A stretch of 47,160 nucleotides of DNA, taken from positions 1 through 47,160 of IMG/VR virus record IMGVR_UViG_3300026737_000012. One strand, written 5' to 3'. Position numbers and translations under genes: made by a program. Under the pieces are notes generated by a model. That model was given only the letters and a program-made list of their open reading frames with translations. It was not told the origin of the DNA and did not search any database. Shown here piece by piece: positions 1-6,810 of the stretch; position 1 is the stretch's first letter, and each line of letters opens with the position of its first letter. This stretch comes from a virus. Its lineage: Duplodnaviria > Caudoviricetes.

Positions 1-340
1 CATCAACTGCAATTTGATTATCAAAAAGTAAATTATATGACTTCTGCAAGTTTCTATTAGCTCTTCCGGGCCCCATATTAACTGCCTGATCAAACATTTC
101 TTTTGCTATATCCCTGTTTTTAATTTTATTATACTTCTGATCAAGCCAAAATTCATGATAATAAATATCTCTAGCCTGATGCAGCTTTAAATCTTTCATG
201 TCGCCTTCATAACCATTTCGCCTGGCTACTGCTTCTGTAATACCAAAGTTAGTCGCTCCCCCGGGATCATCTTTATGATTGACATAACCGCCCTCAATTT
301 CCATTACTTCTTCAAAAGCTTCCTTAAAAATATTATCCAT
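1..340 (-). CDS. Endolysin, glycoside hydrolase family 108 (runs off the left edge)
   Basis: Not in the ORF track; read manually from ATG at 340: MDNIFKEAFEEVMEIEGGYVNHKDDPGGATNFGIT...EMFDQAVNMGPGRA. EGGY...D.GG.T.FGIT is the GH108 signature; SD-like GGAGTGAT upstream. Confidence 0.92.
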   Translation of the reverse strand, partial: MDNIFKEAFEEVMEIEGGYVNHKDDPGGATNFGITEAVARRNGYEGDMKDLKLHQARDIYYHEFWLDQKYNKIKNRDIAKEMFDQAVNMGPGRANRNLQKSYNLLFDNQIAVD

Positions 341-733
341 TTAAATCACTCCTAATTGCGCCATTGTTAAAACAAAGGTAGCTGCAGAAGATACAACAGC
401 TATTATCCAAGCTATATTATCCATAAGCCTATCTTTAGCTTTTTTCTTTCCTGTTTCTTCAGTTTTGGATTCTTCTATCTTATCCAAACGATCTTCATGA
501 TTTTGATATTTTTCAATGAGCCCGTTATACTTATCAAATTTTCCATTAAACTCAGTCAAATGAGAAGTTAAATCTTGAATCATCTCAAATAGTTGCTGGT
601 TAGAATACCAGTCTCCTGACATTAATTGTTCAATTTTTCTTTTATTGTCTTTTGACCTATCGCTATTTTTGTCTATTTTATCTTTAAAATGGCAGCTTTC
701 CATGTTATGGCTATGCCCATTTTTTTCTCCCAT
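341..733 (-). CDS. Holin-like / XhlA-like membrane protein
   Basis: Coiled-coil followed by one C-terminal TM helix (IAWIIAVVSSAATFVLTMA); abuts the endolysin. Confidence 0.55.
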   Translation of the reverse strand: MGEKNGHSHNMESCHFKDKIDKNSDRSKDNKRKIEQLMSGDWYSNQQLFEMIQDLTSHLTEFNGKFDKYNGLIEKYQNHEDRLDKIEESKTEETGKKKAKDRLMDNIAWIIAVVSSAATFVLTMAQLGVI

Positions 734-750
734 AATTCCACCTCAAAACA

Positions 751-766
751 GCCCCACCTATGGGGC
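751..766 (-). terminator. GC hairpin between the rSAM cassette and the lysis genes
   Basis: GCCCCA-4nt-TGGGGC followed by TGTTTT on the minus strand. Confidence 0.45.
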
Positions 767-801
767 AAAAGTTTTTGTTTATCTGTGTATCACATCAACT
801 T

Positions 802-1128
802 TTAAATAATTGTACCGGATAAGCTTAACGATTCCACTGTTTTATTTTCTCTATTTACATAAACTTTGTACTCGTCAAAACCATCAATTTGCAATCCTTT
901 TTCCACTCCGTTGTTAATCAATTTTATATTTCCACTGGTTAAATCTGAGTATTCTTCAAGTTCTGCTGATTCTCCCAGCTCTAGCTCCAGAGTAAATATA
1001 GTCACTATACCGCTAGATGGCCTGGAAGCTTTTTTGAGCTCCGCCCTTATAAAATCACTCTCTGGTTTTCTTAATAATTCATTTCCATTGCTATCAGTTA
1101 TAACAATTTCGGGCATTGTGCTTGGCAT
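802..1128 (-). CDS. Hypothetical acidic beta-rich protein, last gene of the rSAM cassette
   Basis: Starts 3 nt after the rSAM stop; GGAGGTG SD inside the upstream gene end; no recognised family. Confidence 0.7.
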   Translation of the reverse strand: MPSTMPEIVITDSNGNELLRKPESDFIRAELKKASRPSSGIVTIFTLELELGESAELEEYSDLTSGNIKLINNGVEKGLQIDGFDEYKVYVNRENKTVESLSLSGTII

Positions 1129-1131
1129 ATT

Positions 1132-2463
1132 CTATTCACCTCCTTCGACTAAATCTAAAACAACCTGACTTAAAGATTGTACAGTCTGTTCTAATTTTAA
1201 AACCCGCTGTTCTAGCGTCTTAATCTGGTTACTTTTCTGAACTGTCCTGTTTTTATGCTTATTGCTGTGATTTTTGCTGCTATTGCAGCTACTCTTTTTA
1301 TTTTCTTTAATACCCAGTTTATTTTTAGTTTCTTTTGAAGCTCTATTTATTAAATTGCTAAACTGAGATTGAAATTTAGGCTCATTTTTAAGCTCATTTA
1401 AAACTTCCATTGAGCGGTCCCATTGTCTTTTTGATAATTCGCAAGCCATGTCGCTAGTTTTATATATACTGCCAGTTTGAGAGTAATTAGAAGCAAAACA
1501 TCCTCCGCCGCAAAACTTGTTATCGCATTTAGCACATTTAGGATCAGTTTTATCATTTTCAAAATTAGCGAATATACTTCTCAAATCTTTTTCAGTAATT
1601 CCGCTCTTAACATTGCCTATTTTCCATTCGGGCCACTGCACAAATCTGTGACAGGGAAATATATCGCCTGCATGATTAACCGCAACATATTTTTTGCCAG
1701 CTCCACAGGGTGCTTTCATGCTAGCATCTGACAGCTCCTGTCTAAAGCATTTCTGATAGTAATTTATGCCAGCTGATTCTCCTCTTAAAACTCTATCCTT
1801 AAAATATTTATCTATTTTATCAAACTGCCTATCATATTCTTTATAATCTTCTTCGGAAAACTGTTTAAACCCATCTGTGGCAGGTGTAGGTGATGCGGTT
1901 TTAAACCCTACATCTTCTAATAAGTATTTAACTGTTTCAAATAAATAAGGCAGCGTATCCGGTGTATATGTCGGTCTCGCAACATTTCCTAAGCCTCTTT
2001 TTACAACTTCTTTCATGGCCCATTCGACCTGATGGAAACTGTCGCTGCCATCAGTAGTTTTTCTGTGGATGTTATGAACATGCTCTGGGCCATCTATTGA
2101 GAAAAGAACTGATATATTATGCTTTTCAAAAAAATCTAATTTTTCTTCATTAAATAGAGAACCATTTGTTGTGATGCTGAATTTAAAATCATCTTTATAT
2201 TCTTTATCAGCATATAATACTGTCTTTTTAATCAGATCATATTCAAGCATTGGCTCACCACCAAAAAAGTTAACACTCAACCTTTCATTCTTGCTGTTCT
2301 GGTCGCTTAACCAGTCTAATGTATCTATAATAGTTTCCCAATCGATTTTGCTTGGATTCTTTTTAATGAAACAGTACTCACACCTAAAATTGCAGTCCTC
2401 TGTTAAAAGCAAAGCTATGTTGCTAATACTCTTGCTGCTCAAATCTTTTTTATTTTTATTCAT
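1132..2463 (-). CDS. Radical SAM/SPASM peptide-protein maturase (anSME/SCIFF-maturase-like) with C-terminal coiled-coil extension
   Basis: CNFRCEYC (CxxxCxxC), FFGGEPML, TTNG, SIDG; SPASM cysteines CGAG...GDIFPC...CAKCDNKFCGGGC...C. Confidence 0.95.
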   Translation of the reverse strand: MNKNKKDLSSKSISNIALLLTEDCNFRCEYCFIKKNPSKIDWETIIDTLDWLSDQNSKNERLSVNFFGGEPMLEYDLIKKTVLYADKEYKDDFKFSITTNGSLFNEEKLDFFEKHNISVLFSIDGPEHVHNIHRKTTDGSDSFHQVEWAMKEVVKRGLGNVARPTYTPDTLPYLFETVKYLLEDVGFKTASPTPATDGFKQFSEEDYKEYDRQFDKIDKYFKDRVLRGESAGINYYQKCFRQELSDASMKAPCGAGKKYVAVNHAGDIFPCHRFVQWPEWKIGNVKSGITEKDLRSIFANFENDKTDPKCAKCDNKFCGGGCFASNYSQTGSIYKTSDMACELSKRQWDRSMEVLNELKNEPKFQSQFSNLINRASKETKNKLGIKENKKSSCNSSKNHSNKHKNRTVQKSNQIKTLEQRVLKLEQTVQSLSQVVLDLVEGGE

Positions 2464-3286
2464 ATACTATAACTTCCTCCTTTTTGGTTTTCATGCAAGT
2501 TTCTTTGGGTGATATACTCTTTTGGTTGTTTAGTACATCTATTAATTTTTCTGGGTATTTACCTATAATTTTTTGGTTTCTTGAACAATCCCAGTAGGTT
2601 CCATCAGGCAAAACGCTTAAGCCAGATTTGCCAGCTACACAACCATTTAGATAACATCTTTTATCACCGATAGTATTGTAGTATTTACTTAAGTATTTAT
2701 CGGCTGCTAAAAAATCTTCAATCGAAACCTGGTCAAGTAATTCATTTCCGTTATCATGGTAATAATTTAAAGAAAGATTTAGAGCATCATATTTTTTGGC
2801 AACTTCAATCACATGAGGTATAGTGTGAGCATTAGCAGAATGTACTGTCATATGAATTGTGCGCTGCACTCTCTCTTTTTCTAATGTTTCTAAAGCTCTT
2901 ATTACAGTTGTATAATTATTACCCCTCAACCAGTTATGCATAATTTTATCGCCGTCTAAACTTAACTGAATTCTATCTTTTTTTCCCAAAGAAGCTTTAG
3001 CGAGCAGCGACTTAACCTTATAACCATTGCTTGCTATTGTTACACCTCTATCATATTTCTTATGAAAATAATCAATAGCTTCATTTATATAGGGATATGT
3101 TGTAACTTCACCACCGCTTAAAAGATAAGTTTTCCTCATCTCTGGCTGAATAGACATAAAGTCATCAGTGATTTTTTTAAATAATTCAAAAGGCATCTCT
3201 ATTTCTTTATTTTTGTAGCTATTCGATAAATAACAATGTTTGCATCTCAAATTGCATTTTGAAGTTAAATGCATATCTAAAAACAA
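2456..3286 (-). CDS. Radical SAM enzyme with truncated SPASM (Twitch-like) domain
   Basis: CNLRCKHC, SGGEV, ASNG, SLDG; CVAG...LSVLPDGTYWDC; TTG start with GGAGGG SD; overlaps the next rSAM gene by 8 nt. Confidence 0.92.
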   Translation of the reverse strand: MFLDMHLTSKCNLRCKHCYLSNSYKNKEIEMPFELFKKITDDFMSIQPEMRKTYLLSGGEVTTYPYINEAIDYFHKKYDRGVTIASNGYKVKSLLAKASLGKKDRIQLSLDGDKIMHNWLRGNNYTTVIRALETLEKERVQRTIHMTVHSANAHTIPHVIEVAKKYDALNLSLNYYHDNGNELLDQVSIEDFLAADKYLSKYYNTIGDKRCYLNGCVAGKSGLSVLPDGTYWDCSRNQKIIGKYPEKLIDVLNNQKSISPKETCMKTKKEEVIVYE

Positions 3287-3304
3287 ATGATCATCCCCTC
3301 CTTT

Positions 3305-4420
3305 TTATCCTACTGCATCAGTTGAACATCCGGGTAAATCGCCAGTCCATACATCACAGTCGGCCGACCAATCATTTTCACAGTTTGATTCACATGTGCC
3401 GCAGTCACTGTAATCTCCACTCCAATCGCTTTCGCAAGAAACCTCGCAACCTGTTTCGCAGGTATCAAGACAAGCCAATTCACAACCTGTCTCACAAGTG
3501 GTCATGCAATTAGTTTCGCAAGCGGACTCACAATAAATCTCACAGGAAAGCTCACAGGAAAGCTCGCAGCCTGTCATGCATCCTGTTTCGCATGATGTCT
3601 GGCAATAAACTTCACACCCTGTCTCGCACCCATTTTCGCAGCTTGTTTCACAACCTGTCATGCAAGTAGTCTGACATGAAGTTTCGCATGCTGACTCACA
3701 TACCTGGCAAGCTGATTCACAACTGCCGCAGTCGCTATAGTCCCCGGACCAGTCTGCATCTGATTGGCAACTAGATTCGCAACTTGATTGACAGCTAACC
3801 TCGCATCCGGATTCACAACCTGTCTGATCGCATGTCTCGCATAACTGGCAGGTTGTTTGGCAGCTTAACTGGCAAGCTGAGTCACACTCATACCCCTCTA
3901 TAGTAGATTCGCAAGTCTGGCAGGGGTTTGTTTCTGCCTGAGTCTGACAAGCTGAAGCGCACGGGTCAAATTCATAAGATGTCTCGCATGCATCACAATT
4001 AAGCTGGCCCCTTTGCTCAGTAATATTCACAGCTTCTCTAAGTCTTTTGATATGAGGTCTTCTTATTTTAGTTATACCAGCCGTGGCGGCTTCATTCTCC
4101 CATGTAAAACTGTCAAAACCCTGCAAATTAGCATAAGTATCAAGTATTTGCCTCAATTGAGTTGCGTGGCTTACTTTAATAGTTGTGGTTCCGTCTATAA
4201 TTCCATAATTGCCAGATTCGGTAGTTTGATCATCTTTGCAATTGTTGTCATTTTTATTCCAGATAATCCTTTTTCCATCATCACCACCCAAAGTAGTTAT
4301 ATGAAACTCTTGAACAGCTTTTCTTAATTCCCTTAAATGAATCCCTCTAACCTTTGTTTTTGTAGCTATTATAGATGGATCGGTCCATTCTGTTAGATCA
4401 TTTGTCCCGCAATAAGCCAA
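3305..4420 (-). CDS. Cys-x-x-x repeat protein (putative radical-SAM substrate) with tail-fibre-like N-terminal repeats
   Basis: 50 Cys counted, 48 in the last 230 aa; TTG start with GGAGGTGATC SD; directly upstream of two rSAM genes. Confidence 0.85.
   Translation of the reverse strand: MAYCGTNDLTEWTDPSIIATKTKVRGIHLRELRKAVQEFHITTLGGDDGKRIIWNKNDNNCKDDQTTESGNYGIIDGTTTIKVSHATQLRQILDTYANLQGFDSFTWENEAATAGITKIRRPHIKRLREAVNITEQRGQLNCDACETSYEFDPCASACQTQAETNPCQTCESTIEGYECDSACQLSCQTTCQLCETCDQTGCESGCEVSCQSSCESSCQSDADWSGDYSDCGSCESACQVCESACETSCQTTCMTGCETSCENGCETGCEVYCQTSCETGCMTGCELSCELSCEIYCESACETNCMTTCETGCELACLDTCETGCEVSCESDWSGDYSDCGTCESNCENDWSADCDVWTGDLPGCSTDAVG
3434..3700 (-). repeat. Degenerate 12-bp tandem array encoding 23 Cys at exact 4-residue spacing
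   Basis: CESACETSCQTTC...CEVSC; 264 nt = 22 x 12; one exact DNA duplication CTCACAGGAAAG at 3539-3562. Confidence 0.95.
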
Positions 4421-4436
4421 TAGATCACCTCCTGAA

Positions 4437-4466
4437 TAAAAAAGAGCCGCCGTTTAGGAAGCTCTT
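4437..4466 (-). terminator. Probable intrinsic terminator/attenuator upstream of the Cys-rich gene
   Basis: AAGAGC(TTCC)...(GGCG)GCTCTT imperfect stem followed by a T run on the minus strand. Confidence 0.5.
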
Positions 4467-4587
4467 AATTATTTATCCTGCTTTCAACCTCAGCTTTATA
4501 ATCCTGGTCCTTGATATCTTCGACTGTAATTTTCCCGCGCTCAATAAGCCTGATTAATGCTTTGATTTTCAATTCACTCAATGCCAT
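4465..4587 (-). CDS. 40-aa XkdX-like tail-fibre-associated small protein
   Basis: Manual: MALSELKIKALIRLIERGKITVEDIKDQDYKAEVESRINN; TAATG coupling to the upstream gene, GGGG SD. Confidence 0.7.
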   Translation of the reverse strand: MALSELKIKALIRLIERGKITVEDIKDQDYKAEVESRINN

Positions 4588-4967
4588 TAGATTAACCCCT
4601 CGCTTTCTAATATCATTTGATAAGCTTCATCAATATCATTCTGGTGTTGCAACCTTTCTTTTTTCAGTTTTAGGTCTGACAATGGATGCTCATACCATTC
4701 TGGGAAGTTGCCATTTTCAACATATTCTCTAACTTCTGCCTGAAATCCCTGCGGAATATTAAGTTCTGAAATTTCCTGTAATCTGGCATCCTGCTCAGCA
4801 GAAAAAGTTATTTGCTCAAAATTGAGATTTGTTAAGCGGTCATGTTTTGCAACCATGTCCTCCCAGTGAGTTCTGAAATTAGCATAGTGAGTTTCTTCAA
4901 CACCTCTATTCTGCAGAGTTACTCGATAAGTACAGGGAGTGTATTCTCCATTTTCATATATAATCAT
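4587..4967 (-). CDS. Putative tail-fibre assembly chaperone (XkdW-like position and architecture)
   Basis: C-terminal short coiled-coil (LKLKKERLQHQNDIDEAYQMILE) followed by an XkdX-like ORF; GGAGG SD. Confidence 0.5.
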   Translation of the reverse strand: MIIYENGEYTPCTYRVTLQNRGVEETHYANFRTHWEDMVAKHDRLTNLNFEQITFSAEQDARLQEISELNIPQGFQAEVREYVENGNFPEWYEHPLSDLKLKKERLQHQNDIDEAYQMILESEGLI

Positions 4968-6101
4968 TTATGCTGCCTCCTTATAATAATTTTTGACTTT
5001 GAAAGCCCCTTCTTCATTTCTGTAAATATAATCAAATCTATCTTCTAAATAAAGATAAAAGTTTTCTGAACTTGCATGATCAGCGTGGCCTTTCCAGCTA
5101 TTAAGTATTTGCTCAACTTTTTCTTTTGAAATTTTGCCTTTAATCAATAGGTCCTTAAATTTATTTAGCTTTTGTTTAATTCTTTTCTTGCTGCTATTTC
5201 TTAATAACATATGAGTAGGCCAGATTTTATAGCCGACCATATTTATTCCCTGTTTAAGTGGGAATATTTTAGTTTTATTTTTATTCATTTTCAGATCTAG
5301 TTTATCAATAACAAATTGAGATATTATTTTCTTAATTCTTTTAGCTTTTTCTCGAGAATTAACTACAATGCACATGTCATCCATGTATCTAACATATAAT
5401 TTAAGACTCAACCTTCTTTTGCAGAACTGGTCCAGCTCATTCATGTAGAGATTAGCAAGCAGCTGGCTTGTAACATTCCCCAGTGGTAGCCCTAAATCAT
5501 AATAATACAACTCACTTTCATATTTTGATACCGGCAGTCCGGTTTGGTCCGGTGAGTTATCGATTATTTTGCATAGCAGCTGCAGCATATCCTGGCATTT
5601 AATCTTTTTGGAAAGGATATTTTTAATAATATGGTGCTTGATGCTATAGAAAAAGCTTTTAATGTCAGCTTTGATTATCCAGGGCCTATCCCATTTCCAT
5701 TTTGCTTTCCTCAAAAAATGCTGTATTCTATCGGCTGCTGCATGAGTGCCTTTTCCTTTCTGGCAGGCATAACTGTCCTTAATGAACTTTCTTTCGAAAT
5801 CATCATTAATTACATTGTGGATTGCAAACTGAACTATCTTATCTCTGTATTTTGGAGCTGCTATAACCCTTTCTTTAGGCTCGTGAATAGTGAAAATATT
5901 ATATTCGCCTGGTTGATAGCATCTTTCTATTAATTCTTTTCTCAGTTGATCTAAGTTATATGTTAAGTCTGCTGAAAAATTAAGTGCTTCCTGACTGTAT
6001 TTTGTATCAGTTTTCTGAGTCCTGTGATAAGCATAATCAAAGTTTTCTTCTGTAATAATTTTTGAAAAGCAATCGTCAAAGTCATTATGATTTTTCGACA
6101 A
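4968..6101 (-). CDS. DGR reverse transcriptase
   Basis: EPKER.I, RD+IVQ, KADIKSFF, GLPLGNVTSQLLANLY (DGR-type GxxxSQ), YVRYMDD; no group II intron En domain; adjacent TR and avd. Confidence 0.96.
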   Translation of the reverse strand: MSKNHNDFDDCFSKIITEENFDYAYHRTQKTDTKYSQEALNFSADLTYNLDQLRKELIERCYQPGEYNIFTIHEPKERVIAAPKYRDKIVQFAIHNVINDDFERKFIKDSYACQKGKGTHAAADRIQHFLRKAKWKWDRPWIIKADIKSFFYSIKHHIIKNILSKKIKCQDMLQLLCKIIDNSPDQTGLPVSKYESELYYYDLGLPLGNVTSQLLANLYMNELDQFCKRRLSLKLYVRYMDDMCIVVNSREKAKRIKKIISQFVIDKLDLKMNKNKTKIFPLKQGINMVGYKIWPTHMLLRNSSKKRIKQKLNKFKDLLIKGKISKEKVEQILNSWKGHADHASSENFYLYLEDRFDYIYRNEEGAFKVKNYYKEAA

Positions 6102-6276
6102 AATGCGTGTTCTCCTTTCTCTATATATCGGGATACTAAGGCTTATGTCATTGTTAATGTGTTTACACCTGGCCTGCTGGCCGGTGAGAGAATTGAGTTC
6201 CTTTGAGACTTATAATAGCGTACATCCTAGCTGATGAAGCCGTAACCGCACCATTACTGAATATACTATATCTCAG

Positions 6277-6372
6277 AGCCGAGGACGCCAGCCGCGATTG
6301 TTGTTCGTATTCGCAGAATCATTCGCATTCAGGTTCGAAACACCGTTATTGCCGCGATTCACGCGTTGGGTC
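6277..6372 (-). repeat. DGR template repeat (TR)
   Basis: 96-nt ungapped match to 6830-6925 with 14 mismatches, all at TR adenines (minus strand); 10 AAY codons. Confidence 0.97.
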
Positions 6373-6401
6373 ACATATAACTCAATCCTCAATATTTAAT
6401 T

Positions 6402-6740
6402 TTAAGATTTCTTTATCCAACCTCCGAGCATTCGACCGATTCCTGACAATTTTTTATCTATGTTTTTATAAAAGCCTTTGTTTATCTGTTTTGTTTCAAA
6501 TGATAAATTATTAAGAGTTTTACAGTGTTGTAAATATCCATCCGCTTCTTCTAAATACACTTTTCTTTTAGACCTAACTTTATTAGCTAAGGCCATATAT
6601 TTTAAAAGATTTAAATAAGCATTTTTAATTTCAGCACAAAGTGAATATTTTTCTGCATTATTATAATTTTTAAGCGTAGGATATATTTCATAAAATAGTT
6701 CTTCTGTTTTCTGTTGTATTTTTAATTTCTTTTTCTTAAT
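6402..6740 (-). CDS. avd: DGR accessory variability determinant Avd (112 aa, apparent ATT start)
   Basis: Frame open 48 codons upstream of the tracked ATG: IKKKKLKIQQKTEELFYEIYPTLKNYNNAEKYSLCAEIKN...IGRMLGGWIK; EKY.L and IG+MLGGW are Avd motifs; basic protein. Confidence 0.9.
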   Translation of the reverse strand: MKKKKLKIQQKTEELFYEIYPTLKNYNNAEKYSLCAEIKNAYLNLLKYMALANKVRSKRKVYLEEADGYLQHCKTLNNLSFETKQINKGFYKNIDKKLSGIGRMLGGWIKKS

Positions 6741-6768
6741 CTATATCACCCCTCAAACCAATGTTCCA

Positions 6769-6786
6769 CCTGGACCTTCGTCCAGG
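6769..6786. promoter_or_regulatory. DGR target-recognition hairpin/cruciform downstream of VR
   Basis: Perfect 7-bp stem CCTGGAC-GAAG-GTCCAGG about 25 nt after the target stop codon. Confidence 0.7.
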
Positions 6787-6810
6787 CTTCCACATTTACA
6801 AAACAAGAGA

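Noticed and set aside
1132-2463. Housekeeping anaerobic sulfatase maturase or cofactor-biosynthesis rSAM
   Set aside because: No sulfatase or cofactor genes nearby, and an obvious Cys-rich candidate substrate is in the same operon; not formally excluded
3305-3997. Cys array as a second DGR target or a CRISPR-like array
   Set aside because: No similarity to TR; 12-bp coding periodicity with no repeat-spacer structure and no cas genes
4968-6101. RT as group II intron, retron or Abi RT
   Set aside because: GxxxSQ motif, size, adjacent avd and an A-specific TR/VR pair identify a DGR
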